32,000 nucleotides of DNA from Wolbachia endosymbiont of Litomosoides sigmodontis (GTDB lineage Bacteria > Pseudomonadota > Alphaproteobacteria > Rickettsiales > Anaplasmataceae), in assembly GCF_013365435.1 (NCBI RefSeq), contig NZ_CP046577.1, positions 480,001 to 512,000 on the forward strand, given 5' to 3'. The position numbers and the translations under genes are program-made. Shown here in pieces: positions 8,426-18,110 of this stretch; within the stretch, counting starts at the first letter, position 1; every line of letters starts with the position of its first letter. The notes under the pieces were generated by a model, which was given only the letters and a program-made list of their open reading frames with translations, was not told where the DNA came from and ran no database searches.

Positions 8426-10987
8426 ATGGACTTAAATAAATTTACCGAAAAAGCAAAAAGCCTAATTCAAAGTGCCCAAATGAAAGCATTGGGAGCAGGG
8501 CATCAGGTTTTTATGCCTGAGCATTTACTAAAAGTGATGCTTGAGGATGAATCAGGTTTAATTCAGGATTTAATAAGTGCTTGCGGTGGAGATATGCAAA
8601 GTATTTCTGAAGCTGTGAGTAACGTAATAAAAAAAATTCCAGTAATTGAAGGTCCAGGAAGTAGTGGTCTTCAACTCTCAAGAGAAGTAGCAAAAGTCTT
8701 TGAAGATTCAATTGATCTGGCTAAGAGGAACAAAGATTTATTTGTCACCGTTGAACGTTTACTGCAGGGATTGACTGCACAAAAAAATGATACTGTAGGT
8801 AAAATTCTGACAGAAAATGGTGTCACACTACAAAAATTGAGTTCAGTTATTGCAGAAATGAGAAAAGGTAATAGTGCAGATTCGCCTAACAGTGAGGAAA
8901 AATTAAATGCGGCGAAGAAATACACAAAAGATGTTACAGGTCTTGCTATGCAAGGCAAGCTTGATCCCGTAATTGGTCGTGATGAAGAGATTAGGAGAAC
9001 CATGCAAGTATCACTGAGACGAACAAAGAATAACCCAGTACTAATAGGTGAACCTGGTGTTGGAAAAACTGCAATAGTTGAAGGTCTTGCAAATAGAATT
9101 GTTGCAAATGACGTGCCGCTTGGTTTACGTGACGCAAAAGTTTTATCCTTAGATCTTGGTGCATTAATTGCTGGAACAAAATTTAGAGGAGAGTTCGAAG
9201 AAAGGTTAAAGGCTGTTATTAATGAGCTTTCAAAAGCAGAGGGAAAAGTTATCTTGTTTATAGATGAGCTTCATACTTTAGTTGGGGCAGGAGCGACAAG
9301 TGGTGCAATGGACGCTTCAAATCTGCTGAAGCCTGCTCTTGCACGCGGAGAAATTCGCTGTATAGGAGCCACAACTTTAGATGAGTATCGTGAACATATA
9401 GAAAAAGATCCTGCGCTTGCAAGGCGTTTCCAGCCTGTGTTTATTTCTCAACCAACTGAAACTGATACTATCTCTATACTAAGGGGTTTGAAAGAAAGAT
9501 ATGAAGTGCATCATGGTATCAGAATTACGGATGGTGCAATAATTGCTGCTGCAACGTTATCTGATAGGTACATAACAGATAGATTTTTACCTGATAAGGC
9601 GATCGACTTGATTGATGAAGCAGCGAGCAGGGTGAGAATTGAAATGGATAGCAAACCTGAGATTATTGATGAACTTGAAAGGAAGATTGTACAGCTAAAA
9701 ATTGAGTCAGAAGCTTTGAAAAAAGAACGTGATGAGAATTCTAAGCAGCGCCTAAAGAAGATAAATGAAGAAATCGAAAACCTAAATAGTAAATTTGCTG
9801 AATTAAACAGTAAATGGCAAATAGAAAAGAATAAAATAGCTAGAATACAAGAAACAGCTGAGAAATTAGATAATGCAAGAAAAGAGCTGGAATTAGTCCA
9901 GCGTAGTGGAAATTTAGAAAGAGCAGGAGAACTGATGTATGGTGTGATTCCTCAACTTGAAAATAAATTAATAAATCAGGAAGAAGTTACTGATAGTTTC
10001 TTAAAGAAAGAAGTTACCGAAGATGATATTGCAAATATTGTTTCAAGGTGGACAGGAATTCCAGTTGATAATATGATGCATAGTGAAAGAGAAAAACTCC
10101 TTAGCATGGAAAATGAAATAGGGAAAAGGGTGATAGGGCAAAAGGATGCAATAGAAGCAATAAGTAATGCAGTTAGGCGCTCCCGTTCTGGTGTTCAGGA
10201 TACTAATCGACCTTTCGGTTCATTTTTATTTTTAGGCCCAACTGGAGTTGGAAAAACTGAACTTGCGAAAGCCCTTGCTGAATTTCTGTTTGATGATCAA
10301 TCAGCACTTCTGCGCTTTGATATGTCAGAATACATGGAAAAACATTCCGTTTCAAAGTTAATTGGTGCACCTCCAGGATATGTTGGCTATGAGCAAGGTG
10401 GAAGATTAACTGAAGCAGTAAGAAGAAGGCCATATCAAGTAATATTGTTTGATGAAATAGAGAAAGCAAGTTCAGATATATTTAATCTATTATTGCAGAT
10501 TTTAGATGAAGGCAGGCTTACCGATAGCCATGGCAAGCTAATTGATTTCCGCAATACTATACTAATTTTAACTTCTAACCTTGGTGCTGAAATAATGCTC
10601 AAAGGAGTTGTCGACTCTACAAAGAGTGAAGTGATGCAAATAGTTAAGTCAACATTTCGTCCTGAGTTTTTGAACAGGCTTGATGAAATTATTATATTTC
10701 ATAGTTTAACCAAGGAAGACATTTACAAAATCATAGATATTCAATTTCTTTATCTACAAAAAATAATTGTTAAGCGCAAACTAAGTATAAGTTTATCACA
10801 GGAAGCTAAAGAATTAATAGCACAAGTTGGCTATGACTATGAATATGGGGCAAGACCACTAAAAAGGGTAATACAAGAATGTATTCAAAATAACTTAGCT
10901 AAGTTGATTTTATCGGGAGAAGTAGCAGAAGGTGATAGATTAATAGTGTACGCTTTTAATAATGAAATCTTAGTTAAAAAGGTTTAG
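8426..10987 (+). CDS. clpB: ATP-dependent chaperone/disaggregase ClpB
   Basis: 853 aa. Two AAA+ modules (GEPGVGKT and GPTGVGKT Walker A), a long coiled-coil middle domain, and an N-terminal Clp_N repeat. Confidence 0.95.
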   Translation: MDLNKFTEKAKSLIQSAQMKALGAGHQVFMPEHLLKVMLEDESGLIQDLISACGGDMQSISEAVSNVIKKIPVIEGPGSSGLQLSREVAKVFEDSIDLAKRNKDLFVTVERLLQGLTAQKNDTVGKILTENGVTLQKLSSVIAEMRKGNSADSPNSEEKLNAAKKYTKDVTGLAMQGKLDPVIGRDEEIRRTMQVSLRRTKNNPVLIGEPGVGKTAIVEGLANRIVANDVPLGLRDAKVLSLDLGALIAGTKFRGEFEERLKAVINELSKAEGKVILFIDELHTLVGAGATSGAMDASNLLKPALARGEIRCIGATTLDEYREHIEKDPALARRFQPVFISQPTETDTISILRGLKERYEVHHGIRITDGAIIAAATLSDRYITDRFLPDKAIDLIDEAASRVRIEMDSKPEIIDELERKIVQLKIESEALKKERDENSKQRLKKINEEIENLNSKFAELNSKWQIEKNKIARIQETAEKLDNARKELELVQRSGNLERAGELMYGVIPQLENKLINQEEVTDSFLKKEVTEDDIANIVSRWTGIPVDNMMHSEREKLLSMENEIGKRVIGQKDAIEAISNAVRRSRSGVQDTNRPFGSFLFLGPTGVGKTELAKALAEFLFDDQSALLRFDMSEYMEKHSVSKLIGAPPGYVGYEQGGRLTEAVRRRPYQVILFDEIEKASSDIFNLLLQILDEGRLTDSHGKLIDFRNTILILTSNLGAEIMLKGVVDSTKSEVMQIVKSTFRPEFLNRLDEIIIFHSLTKEDIYKIIDIQFLYLQKIIVKRKLSISLSQEAKELIAQVGYDYEYGARPLKRVIQECIQNNLAKLILSGEVAEGDRLIVYAFNNEILVKKV

Positions 10988-11014
10988 GTTTATTATATAT
11001 TTTAGTTAAAAAAG

Positions 11015-14000
11015 ATGTGTGTGGATTACAGTGTTGACACTGAGTCTTTATTAAAGTTGGTTAATCAAGAAAACCAGAAAGAAAAGGCAAAAGTTAAAGA
11101 GTTTATCAAATATTTTTATAATTTTGTTTATAATAGTGATTTAAAGATTAATGATAAATTTCTTTTATACATTGTAGAAGATGCATATAGCTTCATTTCC
11201 AAAAAAGAAAAAGAAGAAAGCAAATTGATGGTAAGTAATGCAAGTGACATACCAGGAATAGAAGGTAATTTTACTACAATTAAGGTAATAAATAACGATA
11301 TGCCTTTCTTGGTTGATTCTGTTATTGCTACCATCAAGTCGCATAACTTACCCATATGCTACTATAGTAATAGTATAATTAATATACAAAGAAAAAGTGG
11401 CATGATTAACGAAATTTGTAATTTAGAAGAGGATAATGGTATCAAGGAATCAGTGATATATGTAATTATTAAAGGTATAAGTAATAGTTTTGTTGATATA
11501 TTAAAAAAGTCGTTGCAAAAAACACTAGAGGCAGTCAATTGTGTTGTAAAAGACTGGCCATTAATGCTTAAGAGACTTGATGAGGCAAAAGATCCTCTTT
11601 CCATTGCCCGAGTAGTTGACACTGAGATCCAATTAGTACCCTACACTAAGATGACATCAGGCGGAGATTTTTTGGCTTGGCTAAAAAATAATAACTTTGT
11701 ATTTTTAGGTTATCAAGAACTTATTGCAGACAAGGATGGAAAGCTAGTTCCCAATGATGAAGGAAATCTTGGTTTAATGAAAACAAGTCAAGAGTATCGG
11801 AATTCATCGATCTCCTCTGAAGGCTTATATCCTTTATACATATTGAGATCAGACTTAACTTCAATAGTTCATAAGCGTACATACATGAATTGTATAGGTG
11901 TAAAAGAATCTAACAACCAAGGTGATGTGGTAAAGGAACGGCATTTTTTCGGGTTATTCACTTCTGTAGCAGAAGTTCAAGACATTCGAACTATTCCGTT
12001 GATAAGAGATAAAGTTAAAATAATAGAAAAGAGAGCAGGATTTTTGCCTGGTGGTCACAATAATAAAGCTTTAATTTCTATTTTACAAGCATTCTCTTGT
12101 GATGAGCTATTTCAATCAAATGAGGATGAGTTATTTAAGATTTGTATTTCAATTATGTCTCTTGCAATTAGGCCAAGAGTAAAATTGTTTTTAAGAAAAG
12201 CAAGGGACTTTATTAGTTGCATAGTGCTGATACCGATGCGTTATGCAAGCTCAAGGTTAATGTTCAAGATACGTGATATATTAAAAGATGAAATAAACGC
12301 AGCAAATTCAGATATTTATAACAATCACATTATCAATGAATATGATTTAATGAAGTTGCACGTAGTACTAAAGGTTAAGGATGCTCATGTTTTTGACGAT
12401 GAAGTTTTGCGTATCGAAAACAAGTTAAGAAACATTACAGAAAAATGGGAAGACCGTTTTATAGATAATTTGTATAACACTCTTAGCACTGTTGAAGATA
12501 TATTCGTCCGTTATTGCAAGGCATTTCCGATAAGTTATCAAGAGAGCTTTGAACCTCATGATGCATATTATGACATGAAGAAATTAGAGACAGTAAGGAA
12601 GAAGGGAGTTAGCGAAGTCGATTTAAGGCTTACTCACGATAATCTCAATTATCAGTTAAAAGTTTACACTCCAGGCAATGGAGGCCTTGAATTGTCAAAG
12701 ATATTAAGAATCACTAAGAATCTAGGAGCAAAAATTCTATCGCATAATGGTTATTATATAGAAATCAATGGTGGTATATGGATACACCATTTTGTATTGT
12801 CAAGAGTTGACGAATTGATAGATAACATTACTCTTAAGGAACAATTTGAAATAACGCTTGCAAAAGTGTTTAGAAAGGAAATTAAAAATGATTATTTCAA
12901 TAGCTTAATTATTATTGCTGGTCTGGAATGGAAAGAAGTGCTTTTAGTTAGGGCGCTAAGTGCTTACCTGAAGCAGACGTCATTTAACTACAACCCAGAA
13001 TACATTCAAAAAGTAGTCTCAGAATATCCAAAAATAATAAAGTATTTGACACAGTTATTTCATGTAAGATTTGATCCTAGTATAGATATTGATAGAATAG
13101 AAACTACAAACATTTTTAGAGAAAAAATCGAGGAATTCTTAAAAGAGATTAGCAACGTTTCGCATGATTACGTCTTGCGCTCAATATTTAACTTGATAAT
13201 GGCTATTTTAAGGACCAGTTACTATCAAGATGATAAATCCCGCTTATCTATAAAATTTGATTCAAGTAAAATAAATGGTCTGCCAGATCCGTGTCCATAT
13301 CGTGAATTGTATGTTTATTCAAACCTTTTTGAAGGAATACATTTAAGAGGGGGAAAATTAGCACGTGGAGGTCTAAGATGGTCAGATAGGACAGAAGATT
13401 TTCGTACTGAAGTTTTAAGCCTCATGAAGGCTCAGATGACAAAAAATGCAGTCATTGTCCCTGTTGGTGCAAAGGGTGGATTTGTAATAAAGAAAGTGTA
13501 CAAAGACAAAAATATCTTAAGGAAGAAAGGTATTGAGTGCTATAAGGATTTTATTAGAGGCATGCTTGCTATTACTGATAACATAGTTGATGGTAAAATA
13601 GTTCCACCAGAAAACGTAGTTAGATATGATGAAGATGATCCGTATTTAGTAGTTGCAGCAGATAAAGGTACTGCCTCATTTTCTGACTATGCTAACCAAA
13701 TAGCCTATGAGTATAATTTTTGGCTTGGTGATGCATTTGCATCTGGTGGATCAGCAGGTTATGACCATAAAAAGATGGGTATTACGGCTAGAGGAGCGTG
13801 GATTGCAGCACAGAGGCACTTTTGGAAAATGAATAAGGATATTTACCAAGGTGTGAGTATTGTTGGAATCGGAGACATGGCTGGCGACCTGTTCGGAAAT
13901 GGTATGCTGCTTTCAAAAAATATACGTTTAATCGGTGCATTTAACCACATGCATATTTTTGTTGATCCAAACCCTAATGCAGAAAAGAGTTTTGCAGAAC

Positions 14001-15748
14001 GTAAACGCCTTTTTGAGTTACCATTTTCAACTTGGATGGACTATAACAAAGATCTGATTTCTCATGGCGGTGGAATATTCGAACGCAGCAGCAAGCAAGT
14101 AAATATCTCTCAAGAGATGAAAAAGTGCTTTGATATAACGAAAGACACATTATCTCCAAGTGATTTAATTCAATATCTTTTGAAAGCAAAAGTGGATTTT
14201 ATATGGAATGGAGGGATTGGCACGTTTGTTAAAGCAAAGGGTGAAAGCCACGATACGGTTGGTGATAAAGCAAACGACGAATTAAGAGTGAACGGAGAGA
14301 ATATTAGAGCTTCTATGTTCATAGAAGGTGGCAATCTTGGTTGCACCCAACTTGGAAGAATAGAATATGCTAAAAGAGGTGGATATATCAATGCAGATTT
14401 TGTTGACAATTCAGCAGGAGTAATATGTTCTGACCTTGAAGTTAATATCAAAATTGCATTCGTCTCAGTTATGAAAGGAGGTAATATTTCTTTGGAAAAA
14501 AGGAATAAAATACTGGCTAGCATGGTGAATGAAGTTGCATCTAAGGTACTTGAAGACCATAACAGAATTGAAACAAAAGCATTACTTCTTGAGTGCTTAC
14601 AAGCTAAAGAGAGGTTAGAGCAGCACCATAGGTTATTACTCAATTTGGAAAAATCTGGACTGTTAAATCGAAGTGTAGAGTTTCTTCCTGCAGATGAGGA
14701 AATAGCTAGAATGTTAACTGGAGCGGAGGGCTTTAGCTCTCCTCAGCTTTCTGTTTTAATGTCTTATGCTAGAACAGCAATAAAAAATGAAATTATACAT
14801 TCTGACTTGCCTGAAAAAGATTTTTTGTGCCGCAATTACTTATTAAATTACTTTCCACAAAAGATGGTAATGGAGTTCAAGGATTCCATATTAAAACATC
14901 AACTTCACAGAGAAATCATTTCCACCTGCATTGTAAATGATGTAGTGAATAGGATGGGATGTATATTTATTAATAATCTGGTTGAAAGTACTGGAATTAA
15001 AGTGTATGAAGCGGTGAATGTTTATATTGTTGTTAATCACTTGTACAGTTTAAATAGCTTATGGCAAGAAATTGATGAATTAGACGGAAAGATTAATATC
15101 AATTCATACTTGCAAATAGTGAGAAATGTGCAGAAATTTATCGGTAGAGTATCATTTTGGTTAGTAAAAAATCTTGGCAAACTTAGCTTTGCAGAGCAAG
15201 ATAATATTACAAAATTTAAAAATGCAATTGAAACTTTAGGCCAGAATTTAACTGAAATTCTAGACGAACACCTATTAAAAACCTATAACCGTGAATCTTC
15301 TTTTTTAGCAGAACTCAATATAAATAAAAATCTAGCAAAAAAAGCTGCTGACCTGTGCGTCCTTGCTTATGCGCTGGATATCATATCTATCGCTGAGCAA
15401 ACGTCCTTGTCTACCCTTGATGCTGGAAAAATATACTTTGAGTTAAAATCACTGCTGAGGTTTGACCTGATTAGAACAATTGCTGTTAAGATGAAAAGTT
15501 ATTCCTCTTATTGGGATCGTAGTTTAATTAACGATTTACTAGACGATTTAAGTAATTATCACTATAATCTAGCTGTCAAAGTTATAAAAGCCACTAATAA
15601 CTACGGAGATAAGGTTCAAACTTGGGCCCGCAATGATAAAGATTGCATAGAACGTTACAACAGTTTTTTAGATGAGATGGTTGCTTCTAAACTTGATTTA
15701 AGCAAATTAATATTTATAATTAGAAGAATTAAAGTACTTGCTTTATAA
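11015..15748 (+). CDS. Large NAD-specific glutamate dehydrogenase (about 180 kDa bacterial GDH class)
   Basis: 1577 aa. The catalytic block RGGLRWSDRTEDFRTEVLSLMKAQMTKNAVIVPVGAKGGF is characteristic of the giant NAD-GDH family. Confidence 0.9.
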   Translation: MCVDYSVDTESLLKLVNQENQKEKAKVKEFIKYFYNFVYNSDLKINDKFLLYIVEDAYSFISKKEKEESKLMVSNASDIPGIEGNFTTIKVINNDMPFLVDSVIATIKSHNLPICYYSNSIINIQRKSGMINEICNLEEDNGIKESVIYVIIKGISNSFVDILKKSLQKTLEAVNCVVKDWPLMLKRLDEAKDPLSIARVVDTEIQLVPYTKMTSGGDFLAWLKNNNFVFLGYQELIADKDGKLVPNDEGNLGLMKTSQEYRNSSISSEGLYPLYILRSDLTSIVHKRTYMNCIGVKESNNQGDVVKERHFFGLFTSVAEVQDIRTIPLIRDKVKIIEKRAGFLPGGHNNKALISILQAFSCDELFQSNEDELFKICISIMSLAIRPRVKLFLRKARDFISCIVLIPMRYASSRLMFKIRDILKDEINAANSDIYNNHIINEYDLMKLHVVLKVKDAHVFDDEVLRIENKLRNITEKWEDRFIDNLYNTLSTVEDIFVRYCKAFPISYQESFEPHDAYYDMKKLETVRKKGVSEVDLRLTHDNLNYQLKVYTPGNGGLELSKILRITKNLGAKILSHNGYYIEINGGIWIHHFVLSRVDELIDNITLKEQFEITLAKVFRKEIKNDYFNSLIIIAGLEWKEVLLVRALSAYLKQTSFNYNPEYIQKVVSEYPKIIKYLTQLFHVRFDPSIDIDRIETTNIFREKIEEFLKEISNVSHDYVLRSIFNLIMAILRTSYYQDDKSRLSIKFDSSKINGLPDPCPYRELYVYSNLFEGIHLRGGKLARGGLRWSDRTEDFRTEVLSLMKAQMTKNAVIVPVGAKGGFVIKKVYKDKNILRKKGIECYKDFIRGMLAITDNIVDGKIVPPENVVRYDEDDPYLVVAADKGTASFSDYANQIAYEYNFWLGDAFASGGSAGYDHKKMGITARGAWIAAQRHFWKMNKDIYQGVSIVGIGDMAGDLFGNGMLLSKNIRLIGAFNHMHIFVDPNPNAEKSFAERKRLFELPFSTWMDYNKDLISHGGGIFERSSKQVNISQEMKKCFDITKDTLSPSDLIQYLLKAKVDFIWNGGIGTFVKAKGESHDTVGDKANDELRVNGENIRASMFIEGGNLGCTQLGRIEYAKRGGYINADFVDNSAGVICSDLEVNIKIAFVSVMKGGNISLEKRNKILASMVNEVASKVLEDHNRIETKALLLECLQAKERLEQHHRLLLNLEKSGLLNRSVEFLPADEEIARMLTGAEGFSSPQLSVLMSYARTAIKNEIIHSDLPEKDFLCRNYLLNYFPQKMVMEFKDSILKHQLHREIISTCIVNDVVNRMGCIFINNLVESTGIKVYEAVNVYIVVNHLYSLNSLWQEIDELDGKININSYLQIVRNVQKFIGRVSFWLVKNLGKLSFAEQDNITKFKNAIETLGQNLTEILDEHLLKTYNRESSFLAELNINKNLAKKAADLCVLAYALDIISIAEQTSLSTLDAGKIYFELKSLLRFDLIRTIAVKMKSYSSYWDRSLINDLLDDLSNYHYNLAVKVIKATNNYGDKVQTWARNDKDCIERYNSFLDEMVASKLDLSKLIFIIRRIKVLAL

Positions 15749-15753
15749 GAAAA

Positions 15754-16050
15754 ATGTTTAGTATAGGTCTTTCAGAAGTTCTATTTGTAGTTTTAGTTAG
15801 TATAATTGTTCTTGATAAAAATAAGGTACCTGTATTCATTGATCTTATTAAGAATATCTATAGGTATCTTATTATCATAAAATCAAAAGCTAGGAAGTTG
15901 TTAAAAGATGCTGGAATTGAAGAGTTATATAAGGGATATAACGCTGAAAAAGTAAATTATATAATTGGTAAGGATGGTAAACTTTATCCTACTTATAACA
16001 TAGATAATATACCTAAAGGTAATGACAGCGAGGATTCTGGTAGTAGATGA
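15754..16050 (+). CDS. TatA/TatB-family (twin-arginine translocase) small membrane protein, divergent
   Basis: 98 aa. The N-terminus MFSIGLSEVLFVVLVSIIVL resembles the TatA/B transmembrane helix (MF.IG..EL). The usual GP..LP hinge reads DKNKVP here. The 3' end overlaps the pleD start by 29 nt. Confidence 0.5.
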   Translation: MFSIGLSEVLFVVLVSIIVLDKNKVPVFIDLIKNIYRYLIIIKSKARKLLKDAGIEELYKGYNAEKVNYIIGKDGKLYPTYNIDNIPKGNDSEDSGSR

Positions 16051-17410
16051 CGTACCATCTAATGTTAAGCTTTTAGAAGCTCGACTAAAAGCAGAGTACT
16101 ATACGGTTATTGTAGCTCATGATGGTGAAGAAGCAATAAATTTAGTGGCAAAGCAACAGCCTGATATTATATTACTCGATATCATGATGCCAAAAATAAA
16201 TGGCTTTAAGGTTTGTAAGAACTTAAAGAGCGATCCCTTAACAACCCATATTCCAATAATTATGGTGACTGCACTACATGACACTCACGATAGAGTGCAA
16301 GGCATTAACGCTGGTGCAGATGACTTCCTAACTAAACCAATAGATGAAACTGCCTTATCTGCAAGAATTAAGTCTCTCACACGCTTAAAGATGATTATAG
16401 ATGAACTACGTTTAAGAGGAGAAACTAATGCTGAGATTGGCGGGGTGGCAGGAAGCAGTATTATGGACTATTCTAATCAGATCTTTGATTCCAACATACT
16501 TGTTGTAGATGAGGACATCTTTCAAGCAGAGCAGATATATAATATACTAAAGCAACGCTTTAGGTCAATTAATATACTAAATGATCCAATGGAGGCATTG
16601 AAGATTGGTATTGAGGGTAACTATGATCTAATTATTTCTGACATGCAATTTTTAAAAACTGACGGACTGCGTTTGTGTTCTGAGTTTCGTAGCAAAGTAG
16701 AAACACGATATACACCAATTCTGATCCTTTCAGAAGATTATAATAAAAACAACTTAGTAAAAGCACTTGATGTAGGAGCTAATGATTACCTAACAGTGCC
16801 TCTGGATGAAAGTGAATTAATAGCAAGAGTTAATTTACAAGTGAAACGCAAAAGATACCAAGATGCCTTGAGGATGAACTTATTTAACAATGCAGAAATG
16901 TCCATAAAAGATCCACTCACTAACTGTTACAACAGAAGATATTTTGACGCGCATTTAAGAAACATTGTCAAAGACTCTGTAGAGAAGAATAGGAGATTAT
17001 CTCTTATGATACTAGATATAGACTATTTTAAGATAGTAAATGACGATTTTGGACATAGTGCCGGAGATGAACTTTTAAAGCAAATACAGAAGAGAATTTC
17101 TGAAAACATTAGAGTGACAGATTTGTTAGCTAGGTTTGGCGGTGAGGAATTTGTTGTTGTAATGCCAGATACCAATATATCAGATGCATACATTGTTGCA
17201 GAGAGGATACGTAAAATTATTGCTACAGAACCTTTTATACTTTCGGATAAGAACATAACACACAATGTAACTGTGAGCATTGGGATTGCAGAAATGCAAG
17301 AATCAGATCTTGATAGTATCAAAAAATTTATAGTACGCGCTGATAAATATTTATATAGAGCAAAAAATAGTGGCAGAAATAGGGTGGTTATACCAATTAT
17401 CCCTTTATAA
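16022..17410 (+). CDS. pleD: Response-regulator diguanylate cyclase (REC-REC-GGDEF), PleD type
   Basis: 462 aa. Two receiver domains (ILVVDD...DIILLDIMMP and a second, adaptor-like REC). GGEEF active site preceded by an RVTD I-site five residues upstream. Confidence 0.9.
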   Translation: MTARILVVDDVPSNVKLLEARLKAEYYTVIVAHDGEEAINLVAKQQPDIILLDIMMPKINGFKVCKNLKSDPLTTHIPIIMVTALHDTHDRVQGINAGADDFLTKPIDETALSARIKSLTRLKMIIDELRLRGETNAEIGGVAGSSIMDYSNQIFDSNILVVDEDIFQAEQIYNILKQRFRSINILNDPMEALKIGIEGNYDLIISDMQFLKTDGLRLCSEFRSKVETRYTPILILSEDYNKNNLVKALDVGANDYLTVPLDESELIARVNLQVKRKRYQDALRMNLFNNAEMSIKDPLTNCYNRRYFDAHLRNIVKDSVEKNRRLSLMILDIDYFKIVNDDFGHSAGDELLKQIQKRISENIRVTDLLARFGGEEFVVVMPDTNISDAYIVAERIRKIIATEPFILSDKNITHNVTVSIGIAEMQESDLDSIKKFIVRADKYLYRAKNSGRNRVVIPIIPL

Positions 17411-17419
17411 GGAATGGAT

Positions 17420-17885
17420 AGATAATAATGAAAAAAAAAGCAAAAATATGTTTCATTTAAAGAATATCATTAATTATATGGATAGAGTTATCATTCTTTA
17501 ATGAATTACTGTTGGTACATATTCAAAAATTGAATACGAGTGGTGTAAAAATGGTGTTAGGATACAGGTTAAAGTAAAATTGGATAGATACAAAATTTTT
17601 ATCTCTACAGTGCAATTAATCCTAGAAATGGAGGGAGTTATAGCTTATTTATACCGAATGTTAACACTAATTGTATGAATATATTTTTTGAACAAATATT
17701 GCAATATTTAAAGACACGAAAATCCTTTCTTATCATGATTGTGCTAGTTGATATAAGTCAAAAAGTTTAAATGTGCTAAAAATTATATACCTACCACCAT
17801 ACTTACATGGGCTCAATCCTATAAAGTCTGCGCAATATTACTTATTTGGTGCACTGACAATGAGAATTGGTATTAACTACTGAAA
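17420..17885 (+). mobile_element. Degenerate IS630-family transposase relic, copy 2 (5'-truncated)
   Basis: 17785-17823 reads IYLPPYLHGLNPI, close to the IS630/Tc1 LPPYSPELNPIE motif. An upstream LIMIVLVDISQKV resembles the DDE second-Asp block. Riddled with stops. DNA is homologous to copies 1 and 3. Confidence 0.65.
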
Positions 17886-18110
17886 TTCAGTTATTAATGC
17901 TATATTTAGCATACTATAGTGCTTGAACGCTTTATAAGCACGTTTCAGCTTATATAGTAAAAGTTTAGGAATATTGTAAAGATATAAAGTATACATAGTA
18001 TAAAAAATTAAATACAAACTTTGAGAATAAGCTTTTGTTTCCATGAAGTTATATCTTTATGAGTAAATTAATGTTATCCTTATTATTGCTTGCTGATCTA
18101 AAATTTTTTG

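Noticed and set aside
14170-14643. 157-aa minus-strand ORF, plus similar antisense ORFs (for example 8671-9003, 6980-7252, 17023-17322, 26909-27208)
   Set aside because: All lie entirely inside strongly supported genes on the opposite strand (NAD-GDH, clpB, dxr, pleD, rne). Their composition is low-complexity, typical of shadow ORFs.
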